Shown piece after piece: positions 38,720 through 48,320 of a stretch of 64,000 nucleotides of DNA. Positions within the stretch are counted from its first letter, which is position 1; every line of letters begins with the position of its first letter. The stretch is from a virus. Lineage: Duplodnaviria > Caudoviricetes. Location of the stretch: the IMG/VR virus record IMGVR_UViG_3300044713_000064, positions 7,586 to 71,585 of that record; one strand, 5' to 3'. The notes below the pieces were generated by a model. It had not been told where the DNA came from, ran no database searches, and saw only the letters and a program-made list of their open reading frames with translations. The position numbers and the translations under genes are program-made.

Positions 38720-39619
38720 ATGACTGACCCGGCAATCCACGATGCGGCCTCGCGCCAGGCGAGCGGGCCATCCGACGCCATCCGAGACGCGCACGACAAT
38801 CTCAAGGCGGGGATTGAGATCATGGGATGCGTTCATGACATCCCGCCCCAGATCCACAAAGCCATGCACGCGCTGAGCTATGCGGTGAAGGTGGCCGACC
38901 CGCCTCCATCCAACTGGCGCGATGTCGTTCGCGGCTGTCAGCATGACATGGGATTCGATCGCGAACTTGGTCCCGTTGGATGCGATCTTGATGCGGAAGG
39001 GCGCGGTGGATGCGTCTGCGCTGGGATCCACGCGGCATTGAAAACGCTTGAGGCCGCTGCGTCCAACGTCACCCAGCGCGGAAAGCCAGTTGCGTGGCGA
39101 TGGCGACCTCGTGGCGCGGTTAATTGGATCTATGATCCGACCGCCGAATGGCGTAGCCAGCAGAAAGGCGCCGATATCGACATTGAACCGCTCTATTCGG
39201 ATCCTTGCGCCGTGATATCGCAGCACGCACTTGTTGCCCCACGGGCTGCCAACGCCAAGGCAGAGTCGTTGCGGGAGGTTCGAAACGATCTTCGAAAGTT
39301 AGCAATAGTACAGCACGAACGACAAGCATCAGGCGGACTTTTTATAAAAAATGGCAGATCGTGCAGAATTTGCAAAGGGGCATGGACGAATAATGGTCCC
39401 GAATTTCATGCGCTGACTTGCACTGCTGTCCCTCTTGAGGAGGCCATTGCCGCCCCTCCCGCCGTGGACAGAGCGATGATCGAGGCGGGAAAGCAAGCTC
39501 GGTTCAAACATGGAAAAGGCGGATGGTTCGGGGTTACACCAGATCACAATAATCCCGATTCCTTCGAATATCGGACCATCTACGCCCTCGCCGATGCCAA
39601 GGGGGATGGGAAGCCATGA
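38720..39619 (+). CDS. Mosaic hypothetical protein (moron)
   Basis: SD GGAGG, own AT-rich upstream region, KPVAWRWR module. Confidence 0.55.
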   Translation: MTDPAIHDAASRQASGPSDAIRDAHDNLKAGIEIMGCVHDIPPQIHKAMHALSYAVKVADPPPSNWRDVVRGCQHDMGFDRELGPVGCDLDAEGRGGCVCAGIHAALKTLEAAASNVTQRGKPVAWRWRPRGAVNWIYDPTAEWRSQQKGADIDIEPLYSDPCAVISQHALVAPRAANAKAESLREVRNDLRKLAIVQHERQASGGLFIKNGRSCRICKGAWTNNGPEFHALTCTAVPLEEAIAAPPAVDRAMIEAGKQARFKHGKGGWFGVTPDHNNPDSFEYRTIYALADAKGDGKP

Positions 39620-40075
39620 GACACTGGCCGCCAGAGCGATTCGAGCCCGCGCCAGCCCGCTCAGCGCATCGCCTGTCGGCCTTCGTCGGCTGGCTGATCA
39701 TTTGTCTTGTTGGCGGCGCGATGATATCGGCGGCGCTGGCTATCTGTTACGGGAGGGCGTGGTGAAGGAAGTTCCGGCGCATCTGCAGACATTGATCGAT
39801 CGCGGGGCCATCACGATCGACGCTCACGGCGTTGTGCGGGTCACCCATCGCACATGGCGCCTGATGACGGCGCAAGGAGCCCTGCACTTTGTCGGCTTCA
39901 AGGATGACCGTTATTGGTCGGCGGTGAAGGTCTGGGGTAAGCCGAACTTCGTGCACCGTCATTGGGATTACCGCGCCAAATGCGAGGTAGTGCCCGGCGA
40001 CGTGGCGATATTTGCCAAGGGCGACGAGACGGACGAGCCGACGCTGTTCGCCTATGATGATAGCGCGTATTTCTG

Positions 40076-41125
40076 ATGAAAATCGCACGCGGAAAAGTGC
40101 TCCGGCCGGTCCACCCAAACGCGGGCATTTCCGCAGAATACCGCCGCCGCCTCGACGACCTGATCGCCGACATGCAGGCTTCCTACGAATTCTGGTTGAC
40201 GGCGGCCTACCGCGCGAATCAGCCCGAGATCGCCCAGGACAAGGCGCCCGACACCGGCGCGCCGGCGCGGGTGACCGCGGTACAGGCCGAGATCGGCTCG
40301 CGGAATGTGGTGTGGCTGGCCTACGTCGACGGGCGGCCGCTAATGGACCGCCGCGGCGCGCTGCGGACGTTCCGGAGCCGGGATGCGGCTGAGACCGGGG
40401 GGTTGCGCAGCAGCGGCCTGAACATGGTGCTGACCAAGCCGGTGCCGCTCGGTGGGCGCCTCGATCCGGTGTCGCTGGCGAACCTGCCGGTCGAGTTCAC
40501 GCCCGCCCAGAACCTGCAGGAGACCATCGACAAACTCGGTGCGCGGTGGGAAGCCAGATTCGATGAGGCGGCACCGAAGCTCGCCCGGTGGTTCGCGCAA
40601 ACCGCCGGCAAGCGGTCCGAAGACGGCCTCAAGAAAGTGCTGCGGGACGGCGGCATGTCGGTGCGGTTCGACACGACCCCAATGATGCGGGATGTCATGA
40701 ACGCGACGGTCGCGGAAAATGTGTCCCTGATCAAATCAATCGGATCGCAGTATCACTCCGAAATCATCGGGATGGTAATGCGCTCAGTCTCGACCGGCCG
40801 CGACGTCGGCGGCCTGACCCGCGAGCTCGAGCAGCGGTTTGGCGTCACGCGCCGGCGGGCCGCCCTGATTGCGCACCACCAAAACAACCTAGCAACGAGC
40901 AGCTTCATTCGGGTCAGGCAAATTCAGGCAGGGCTCCAGGCTGTATGGTTGCATTCGCACGGTGGGAAGGAACCCCGGCCCACGCATCTTGCCAACTCCG
41001 GCAAGACCTATGACCCGGCCAAGGGCTGGTTCGATAGCGACCCCAAGGTTCGGAGATTCATCTGGCCTGGCCAACTCATTAACTGCCGATGTGTGAGCCG
41101 CACGGTTGTCCCTGGATTCTCATAG
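40076..41125 (+). CDS. MuF / head morphogenesis protein
   Basis: LRPVHPNAGI, ENVSLIKSIGSQY, RRRAALIAHHQ, WLHSHGGKEPRPTH, PGQLINCRC. Confidence 0.9.
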   Translation: MKIARGKVLRPVHPNAGISAEYRRRLDDLIADMQASYEFWLTAAYRANQPEIAQDKAPDTGAPARVTAVQAEIGSRNVVWLAYVDGRPLMDRRGALRTFRSRDAAETGGLRSSGLNMVLTKPVPLGGRLDPVSLANLPVEFTPAQNLQETIDKLGARWEARFDEAAPKLARWFAQTAGKRSEDGLKKVLRDGGMSVRFDTTPMMRDVMNATVAENVSLIKSIGSQYHSEIIGMVMRSVSTGRDVGGLTRELEQRFGVTRRRAALIAHHQNNLATSSFIRVRQIQAGLQAVWLHSHGGKEPRPTHLANSGKTYDPAKGWFDSDPKVRRFIWPGQLINCRCVSRTVVPGFS

Positions 41126-41136
41126 GAGGTTTTTCG

Positions 41137-41523
41137 ATGTTCAAGATGGCAGTAGCAGTTGCGGCGACCATGTGGGTGTGCCTGTCTATCTTCCTCGTAG
41201 AGGCGTATGTCCACCGCGCGCAGGCCCGCGATGACGGTCGCTACGCCGGATCGCCACTTAAGCCATGGTTCGACCACCTCTCAAGCGGCAAGGGGCTCTG
41301 CTGCAGCGATGCAGACGGTACCGCGCTTTCCGATGTCGACTGGGATTCCATGGACGGGAAATATCGCGTGCGCATTGATGGCGATTGGTACGACGTTCCG
41401 CCCGATGCGGTAATCACCGAACCCAACCGCGCCGGTCGGACCATGGTGTGGCCATTTCCGATGTGGGATGGCACCAAGCACGGGTATGGAATCAGGTGCT
41501 TCATGCCGGGGAGCATGACATGA
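41137..41523 (+). CDS. Secreted Cys-rich protein
   Basis: Signal peptide then ARDDGRYAGSPLKPWFDHLSSGKGLCCSDADG...IRCFMPG. Confidence 0.7.
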   Translation: MFKMAVAVAATMWVCLSIFLVEAYVHRAQARDDGRYAGSPLKPWFDHLSSGKGLCCSDADGTALSDVDWDSMDGKYRVRIDGDWYDVPPDAVITEPNRAGRTMVWPFPMWDGTKHGYGIRCFMPGSMT

Positions 41524-42237
41524 GCGACGACCGATACCCCAAAGCCCGGGAAGAACTGGAGGTCGAGAACCGGGAACTCCGCGCGGCCGTGGCGCGCCTT
41601 CAGGCCTCTGTCGGCTCGCTGCAGGCGACGATCATCGCCAGAGAAACCGAGATCGGTAACCTGCGGCACCCGAAGTCGGCCCCGCGGGCGCTGGACAATG
41701 CCGCCAAAGACAAATTCGAACGGCCAGGGAGGTGGCGATAATGAGCAGGCAATGAGAAAATGAGAAATCAAGCGACGCAGGCAGTTGAATTGGCTACGAA
41801 GATTGCGGCGATGGCTGAGATCGCCATTGCAGACTTCGGGCGAACTATCAAGAATTGGCCGCCGGAATATCAGGCCATCATTTGGGAAGCGGTCGCAGAC
41901 GTGGCGTTCCGGCGCGCCGAAGAAGCACGGAGGCACCCGCTATGACCGCTCCAGCCACATGCCCTATCCCAGTCGCTCAGATGGATGCCGGTTTCTTCTG
42001 GTGTCGCGTCGCTACGATACCCGGCGTGAACGAGGTCGAGGCGGCGGCCTTCCAGGCGCGGACCTTGGTCGGAGAGCGGTTGCTCGAGATCCAGCGCTTG
42101 GTGACCGAGGCGCGCGAGGCATTGTTTCAGGCGACGGTCCCATGCGCTCAGGATTGGATGCCGACGAAGCGATCGATGAACTGACGGGAACTTTTGTTCC
42201 TGCGGCGAATTGGCTCAGTTCACCGGAGGACTACGCT

Positions 42238-42489
42238 ATGTCCTGCTTCTCTCTCGATTTTATGGAGCGTATGTGCATCCTGGTCGTCATCTGCATGGGC
42301 CTGTGGGCGATCATCAAGCTGTTCCTGCCTTTCCTGATGGCTCATTTGCCGCCGCTCGTCGTTCAGATCATCAACATCGTCATTTGGGTCGTGATCGCGA
42401 TCATCTGCATCGTCATCATCTTCGCGCTGCTGTCATGCCTCGTCGGCGCCATGGGAGGGCTGGGCGGATTGAGCCATCCCTTTCGCTGA
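42238..42489 (+). CDS. Small two-TM membrane protein
   Basis: SD GGAGG; two long hydrophobic segments. Confidence 0.65.
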   Translation: MSCFSLDFMERMCILVVICMGLWAIIKLFLPFLMAHLPPLVVQIINIVIWVVIAIICIVIIFALLSCLVGAMGGLGGLSHPFR

Positions 42490-42694
42490 GAACGGCCAGG
42501 AGTGCATCGACACCCAAAGCGATGCGCCGGATTGCATTCCGCCGATCCCGAAGGGGCCGCGGTCGATTTGCCAAAATTGCTGAATTGCGCTGTTCGGCCG
42601 ATCGGCGTAGACTGCGCTCGGTGATTGGACTGCCAGAGATCCTTGGCCTCGGTTTTGAACCCGGGGCCTTTTTCTTGCGTGGAACCTCGCCGCC

Positions 42695-43966
42695 GTGATA
42701 GAGGCGATGATGCTCTCACTCGCCCCGAACGCTGCCATCCCCGCCGGCCTCCGCCGCAAGACCGCTTTTGATGCATCTGGGATCACAAAACATGCGGCCG
42801 GCGTGCTGTTTGTTGCACCGGACGGCGATATCCTGCTGTTGCGGCGCACCGGGACGCCGGGGAAAGACAATTTCGTGGGTCATTGGTCGCTGCCAGGCGG
42901 CGGCGTCGAGGAGGGCGAGACACCAGAGGCCGGCGCCGCGCGCGAGGCCAAGGAAGAGATGGGCGTCGACACGGACCCCAAGAGCTTCAAGGTCCTCGAT
43001 CAGAAGGTGACCCCGACCGGGATGGCGTTCCACACCTTCGCCCAATCAGTAGCGAAGAAATTCTGGCCGCAACTGAACGACGAGCACAACGGCGCTGGCT
43101 GGTTTCCGCTGAGCGAGCTGCCGCGGCCGATCCACCCCGCAGTCGAGTCGATGCTTAAGAACAAGCTTGGCGATGACCTGGGCGGCGCGCGCGACGGGCT
43201 GGTTGCATGGTCGAAACTTGCCGATGAAGAGGCCGAACGCGGCCGTGCGGCAGACGCTTGCCCGACCTGCGGCGGGACTGGTGAGCTCGCAGGCCCTGGC
43301 TGCAAGTGCGAGGACTGCGGCGGGGCCGGAAAGAAGCTCGGCGCGACTGATTCGGCGTTCGTCATCGCCATGGACCGGGACAGCGTCAGATCCTTCGACC
43401 GTGATGGCCGCATGCGGGTTGCCATTGCCAATCTGAGCAAAGAGCAGATCAGGCCCTATGTCGGTCGAGAAATTCCCGGCTGGGATGACGCTACCCAGAC
43501 CCACAAGCTGGGATTGGATCCGGACAAAATCTACAATCTCTATTGCCCGGGCGAAGAATTGGAAAAAGCGGCAGAAACCTTCAATGGGATTCAACTTCTC
43601 AAGAAGCACACGCCGGTGAATGCAGAGGATCATAAAAAAAACGACATCATTGGGACGACCGGGACGAATGCGAAATTCAATTCTCCGTTCTTGCAAAACA
43701 GCCTGGTTGTTTGGACGCAAGAAGGAATCGACCTCATCGAATCCGAGGAGATGAAGGAATTGAGTTGCGGGTATTTTTATGTACCGTTGATGACCCCGGG
43801 CGTTTTCAAGGGAGAGCCTTTCGACGGAATCATGACGCAACTGTCCGGCAACCATTTAACGATTGTCGGCGATGGTCGAGCTGGATCGGAATGCCAAGTT
43901 GAGGATTCTGCGGTCGAATTGCAGTGGGCCGCGATCGAGCGGGCAATGATGGACATGACTACATGA
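42695..43966 (+). CDS. Nudix hydrolase + Zn-ribbon + DUF2213 (putative prohead protease) fusion
   Basis: Nudix box WSLPGGGVEEGETPEAGAAREAKEEMGV; CPTCGGTG..CEDCGGAG; DUF2213 motifs PYVGREIP, AAETFNGIQLL..H, ELSCGY, GNHLTIVGDGRAG. Confidence 0.88.
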   Translation: MIEAMMLSLAPNAAIPAGLRRKTAFDASGITKHAAGVLFVAPDGDILLLRRTGTPGKDNFVGHWSLPGGGVEEGETPEAGAAREAKEEMGVDTDPKSFKVLDQKVTPTGMAFHTFAQSVAKKFWPQLNDEHNGAGWFPLSELPRPIHPAVESMLKNKLGDDLGGARDGLVAWSKLADEEAERGRAADACPTCGGTGELAGPGCKCEDCGGAGKKLGATDSAFVIAMDRDSVRSFDRDGRMRVAIANLSKEQIRPYVGREIPGWDDATQTHKLGLDPDKIYNLYCPGEELEKAAETFNGIQLLKKHTPVNAEDHKKNDIIGTTGTNAKFNSPFLQNSLVVWTQEGIDLIESEEMKELSCGYFYVPLMTPGVFKGEPFDGIMTQLSGNHLTIVGDGRAGSECQVEDSAVELQWAAIERAMMDMTT

Positions 43967-44157
43967 TCGACGCCCGCGCCATCCGAATTTCCCTCAATCT
44001 GACGCAAGAGCAATTCGCGAAGCGCTTCGGCCTGAATCTGGCTACGATACGCGAATGGGAGCAGCATCGTCGCGAACCCACGATGCACGCGAGAGTCCTT
44101 CTCGCCATCATCGCGTACGCTCCCGAAGTTGTCGATCAGGCACTTCGAGGCGGCTAA
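43963..44157 (+). CDS. XRE-family HTH protein (HigA/MqsA-antitoxin-like)
   Basis: ARAIRISLNLTQEQFAKRFGLNLATIREWEQHRREP..HARVLLAIIAYAPEVV. Confidence 0.8.
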   Translation: MIDARAIRISLNLTQEQFAKRFGLNLATIREWEQHRREPTMHARVLLAIIAYAPEVVDQALRGG

Positions 44158-44236
44158 TAATCTGACGCACTATCAGATTTTCCCAAAATAAGCGAAAGAT
44201 TGCGGCATCAATCCCCGAATCCTCCGAGGGAGATGA

Positions 44237-45313
44237 GTGGGTAAGCTCGGTGACGAACTCCGGAAAAAGTACAAAACGCCCCGGGAAGCCCTGCGGGCGC
44301 TCGGCCTCGACGAGCAACTGCTCGACATCTCCCGCCTCGCTTATGATGGAGCAAATCCGATGAAGGCAACCAGGTTCGGCGCGGTCGCGCTCTCGATCAC
44401 TGCGGCTCACGTCGCGCCGCTTCTGGCGATGGACCAGAAGGCGACGCTCCCGGTTGACCTGTTCAAGGGGCTGACCAGCAAGAACTTCAAGACCGGCCGC
44501 GAGAAGCTGCTGGCCGGCGTTCGTCTCGCGCTCGATGGCAAGCTGCGCAAAGGCCTTGCGCTCGATGGCAGCATGCAGAATTTCGCCAAGGCGATCGACG
44601 CCTTCAATGAGAATATGTCCGGCGCCGGCGTCGACGAGGAGGCCCCGAAGCCCGAGGAGATGGAGAACGCGGCCACGGTCGGCCCGCTCGACGTCACGGA
44701 GCCCCACAAGGAACCCGGCGAGAAGGGCTTCGATGCCGAGCCGTTCAAGAATTTTCTCCGGGAAAAGGGGATGGGCGAGGACGACATCATGAAGGCGTGC
44801 GACATGATGCCGAAATCCGACATCACCGGCGACGCCGAGGAGACCCCGGAAGAAAAGGCCGCCCGGGAGAAGAAGGAAAAGGATGACAAGACCGCCGCCG
44901 ACGCCGCGGCCGCAGAAAAGGACAAGAACATGGTTACTCCCGGTGCGATGGACGCCGCCCTCAAGGCTCAGGCCAACGAATTCCAGAAGGAATTGACCAA
45001 GGTCCGCGACAACGAGCGCGGCGTCCGCGCGGCGATCGCCGAGGTCCATCCCTGGGTCGGCGAACTGCCCGCCACCATGGCATTCGACACCGCCGCCGAC
45101 GTCCACCGCCATGCGCTCGTGATGCGCGGCGTCGAGGGCGCCAAGACGCTGCACGCCGACGCGCTGCTACCGATCCTCAAGACGCTGCCGAAGAACGGCG
45201 CCAGGGCTCCCGAGAACAACGGTGGTGGCGAGCATATTGCCATGGATTCATCCGACCGCGCTGCGGTTGTCGCTCTGGCTCCCGATTTCGCCAACATCTC
45301 GACGACGCTCTGA
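44237..45313 (+). CDS. Capsid scaffolding-like protein
   Basis: Acidic low-complexity middle, V.PWVGEL..MAFDTAADVHRHAL; sits between the protease and capsid genes. Confidence 0.7.
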   Translation: MGKLGDELRKKYKTPREALRALGLDEQLLDISRLAYDGANPMKATRFGAVALSITAAHVAPLLAMDQKATLPVDLFKGLTSKNFKTGREKLLAGVRLALDGKLRKGLALDGSMQNFAKAIDAFNENMSGAGVDEEAPKPEEMENAATVGPLDVTEPHKEPGEKGFDAEPFKNFLREKGMGEDDIMKACDMMPKSDITGDAEETPEEKAAREKKEKDDKTAADAAAAEKDKNMVTPGAMDAALKAQANEFQKELTKVRDNERGVRAAIAEVHPWVGELPATMAFDTAADVHRHALVMRGVEGAKTLHADALLPILKTLPKNGARAPENNGGGEHIAMDSSDRAAVVALAPDFANISTTL

Positions 45314-45362
45314 CTGATCGCGTTACGAAACGGACTTTTAATTAATCGAAGGAGAGATCACA

Positions 45363-46337
45363 ATGAGCGGTACCGGAGGGTGGCAAACGCAGGTGGCCGT
45401 CCAACCTGCAGCGTTTATTCCCGGCTCGCGTGTGAGCCAGAATCCGCTCTTTAGTTATGACGCTGGACCCGGCGGTCTGGTGTCGGGCGCCTCGCTCTTC
45501 GTCGGCCGCTTCGCCTGGGTGACGCCGCCGCTGGACCCGAACGGTGGCCCGACGATCGCGAATAGCTTCGGCAACGGCCCGCCGAACGGCTTCCTGATGC
45601 TGAATCAGCAGGCGCTGAATACGACATTCTTGAGCAACGCCGGTATGCAGGTCCAGCCGGGCGCGCAGACCGCGCTTCAGATCGCCGGCGACTTCGCGAT
45701 CCAGAACGACGGCACGACCGAGGCCGAGGCCGGTCAGAAGGCATTTGCCTTCGTGGCGAGCGGTAAGGCGACGTTCGCGGCTACGGGCACGATCTTCGGC
45801 GGCGCGTCCGGTTCCGCCAGCACGATAGCTGCGGCTACATTCTCGGTTACCGGATCCATCTCCGGCAACATCATGACCGTCACGGTGGTCGGCTCGGGCA
45901 CCGTCACACCCGGCGCTTCTGTTTCCGGAACATCCATCCCAACGTCGCCCGCTCCGCAAATTGTCGCGCAGTTGACTGGCACCCCGGGCGGCGTCGGGAC
46001 CTATTCTCTGAATGTCGGTGAAATCACCGCTGCCTCAGAAACGATTTCCGGTACTTACGGAATCTTGACGATCGGCGGAACCGTTGTCGGTACTTTCCAA
46101 GTTGGCGATGTCCTGACCGGTACGGCCCCACTGGTGAATGGGACCGTTATCACAGCCAACATCACCGGCAGCGGCGGTAGTGGCGGAACGATGGCGGTCA
46201 ACAACAACACGGTGGTCAGTACGCCACAGGCGATCACAGCCAGCCTTGCTGTTGAGACCACTTTCTACGCGCGGTCGACCGGCCTGCCGGGCGAGGCTGT
46301 GAAGATCAGCTCATTCAAGGACGCTGGCGGCAACTAA
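45363..46337 (+). CDS. Capsid decoration/cement protein with inserted repeat domains
   Basis: WQTQVAVQPA, AGPGGLVSG, VGRFAW, GDF, GQKAFA, ETTFYARS...VKISS. Confidence 0.75.
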   Translation: MSGTGGWQTQVAVQPAAFIPGSRVSQNPLFSYDAGPGGLVSGASLFVGRFAWVTPPLDPNGGPTIANSFGNGPPNGFLMLNQQALNTTFLSNAGMQVQPGAQTALQIAGDFAIQNDGTTEAEAGQKAFAFVASGKATFAATGTIFGGASGSASTIAAATFSVTGSISGNIMTVTVVGSGTVTPGASVSGTSIPTSPAPQIVAQLTGTPGGVGTYSLNVGEITAASETISGTYGILTIGGTVVGTFQVGDVLTGTAPLVNGTVITANITGSGGSGGTMAVNNNTVVSTPQAITASLAVETTFYARSTGLPGEAVKISSFKDAGGN

Positions 46338-46403
46338 TAGCGTTGTCACTTTTTGACGTCTCGTTTGAGGCGGATTGAAAACGGGAAAGCAGGAGCTTCA
46401 TCG

Positions 46404-47516
46404 ATGGACCGGAACCAAGCAATCGCCGAGTTTAACAAGGTGAGGCACGTCCTTAACCACGAGGGCGGGGTTATTTTCGATGGCGCCCGAATGTTCATTC
46501 CCGATGAGTGGAAGAACACGGGGGACAAGTCGCTCAGACAAATGGCGTTCGATGCCGCCGGCACCTTGGGCACCGATCCGAATGCGGCGCTCCCCGCGAT
46601 GCTCACCACCGGCATCAGCCCGGATGTGATCCGGTTCGTATTTGCCCCGCTGCAGATCGCCAAGATCCTCGGTGGTGAGCGCAAGGTCGGCGACTGGCTG
46701 ATGGAAACCTACATCTTCCCGGTCATCGAGGAGAACGGCGAAGTTTCCAGCTACGACGATTATTCGAACAACGGCCGCACCGGCATCAACTTCAATTACC
46801 CGCAACTCCAGTCCTATCTGTTCCAGACCTTCGTCAACTACGGCGAGCGGGAGACCGAGCGCGCCGGCCTGATGCGGATCAACTATGTGGGTGAACTGAC
46901 CAGCGCTGCGGCCGGATTGCTCAATCGATTCGGAAACCTCGGATATGCCTTCGGCCTGGCTGGCCTGCAGACCTACGGCTTGATCAACAACCCGTACCTC
47001 TCGGCGTTTTTGACGCCCGCCATCAAGGCGTGGGGCGGGACATCATGGTTCAACGCCGGCTCGCCGGCCGCAACTGCCAACGAGGTCTACAACGACATCC
47101 TGGCGGTGGTCGAGCAGATCATCAATCAGACCAACGGTGCGGTTGAGATGGACTCGCCGATGACGCTGGCGCTATCGCCGCAGTCGCAACTTGCCCTGGA
47201 ATTCGCGAACTCGTTCGGCGTCTTCGTCAAGGATCTCCTGAAGCGCGGCTTCCCGAACATGAAAATTGTCCCCGCGCCGCAGTACGGGCAGAAAACCACC
47301 AACAACACCCAGGGCGATTCCGCCATCGGGAACGTGTTTCAGATCATCGTCGATAACATCGATGGCGGCAAAGTCGCCTATCCAGCCTACAACGAGAAGC
47401 TCCGCGCACACAAACTGATCCCGCAGGCCTCAAGTTGGCTGCAGAAATACACGAGCGGGATCTTCGGTGTTGTCACGAGAATGCCGGTTGGCATAGCTGG
47501 GATGCTCGGCGTTTAG
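46404..47516 (+). CDS. Major capsid protein (DUF2184-like)
   Basis: LTTGISPDVIR, GERKVGDW, GEVSSYDDYSNNG, YGERETERAG, YGLINNP, EKLRAH; SD AGGAG. Confidence 0.9.
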   Translation: MDRNQAIAEFNKVRHVLNHEGGVIFDGARMFIPDEWKNTGDKSLRQMAFDAAGTLGTDPNAALPAMLTTGISPDVIRFVFAPLQIAKILGGERKVGDWLMETYIFPVIEENGEVSSYDDYSNNGRTGINFNYPQLQSYLFQTFVNYGERETERAGLMRINYVGELTSAAAGLLNRFGNLGYAFGLAGLQTYGLINNPYLSAFLTPAIKAWGGTSWFNAGSPAATANEVYNDILAVVEQIINQTNGAVEMDSPMTLALSPQSQLALEFANSFGVFVKDLLKRGFPNMKIVPAPQYGQKTTNNTQGDSAIGNVFQIIVDNIDGGKVAYPAYNEKLRAHKLIPQASSWLQKYTSGIFGVVTRMPVGIAGMLGV

Positions 47517-47542
47517 TCGCTCACGAGGGCGTGGATCGAAAC
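47516..47542 (+). CRISPR. Solitary type I-C-like CRISPR repeat unit (no array)
   Basis: GT-CGCTC-ACGA-GGGCG-TGGATCGAAAC; begins on the last base of the capsid stop codon. Confidence 0.7.
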
Positions 47543-47626
47543 CCTTCCCGGGGAAAATTGTGTATGAAGCCTTAGCCTCTCCATATATAACGTGGAGAGG
47601 CGGGCTCACAACGAAGGGAAGAGATC

Positions 47627-48316
47627 ATGTCGACACTGACGGCCAAGCAGAAGCGAGCAGAGCGTGAGGATCGTCTGCGGGCCGAGGGCGCCGCGCAGGC
47701 CCGGGCCGAAATGGCAGGCGCCGCTCCACGCGAATCCAATGGCCCGACATCCGAGCAAATCCAGGCGCTGAATCAGAAGGCGTTCGCTGATCCTGGCGCC
47801 GTTGCGGCCGCCTCTGGGGGTGTCGCGCAGCCCCAGCGCGCCGGCGCAAAGGTGATCGTCGCCTGCAAGATCGGCGTGCCGTACGTCAACCTGCAGCTTT
47901 GCGAGATGATCGAGGTCAACGAGGAGACGCAGACCGGCTCGCGGAAGCGGATGCAGGCACGGCGGACCGGGTCAGTTGTCCGGCTCCGCGGCACGGCCTA
48001 TCCTCGAGGCGCGAAGCCATCGGAATTTCCCGACCCTCCGGTCATGGTCGGCGGCGCCGCGCTGAACTACGGGATCGACAAGGACTGGTTCGATCAGTGG
48101 TTGGACCAGAACAAGCGCAGCGCGCTCGTGATGAATGGGTTGATCTTCGCCCATGAAAAAGAGGATATGGTGCGCGGGCAGGCGACCGAACAGGCGGCGA
48201 TCCTGAGTGGCCTGGAGCCGATCAATCCGAAGTCCGATCCGCGCATCAGGGCGTTCGCCAAGCCCACCCGGGAAGAGGTCAGCGATGTTGAAACCAGACC
48301 AAGAAAAGGCGTCTAG
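47627..48316 (+). CDS. Head-associated hypothetical protein
   Basis: VIVACKI, IDKDWFDQWLDQNK...NGLIFAH, SGLEPINP; follows the capsid gene. Confidence 0.7.
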   Translation: MSTLTAKQKRAEREDRLRAEGAAQARAEMAGAAPRESNGPTSEQIQALNQKAFADPGAVAAASGGVAQPQRAGAKVIVACKIGVPYVNLQLCEMIEVNEETQTGSRKRMQARRTGSVVRLRGTAYPRGAKPSEFPDPPVMVGGAALNYGIDKDWFDQWLDQNKRSALVMNGLIFAHEKEDMVRGQATEQAAILSGLEPINPKSDPRIRAFAKPTREEVSDVETRPRKGV

Positions 48317-48320
48317 CGAG

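Noticed and set aside
19227-47542. True CRISPR array or cas locus
   Set aside because: The repeat-like units are single, non-identical and 28 kb apart, and no cas genes are visible.
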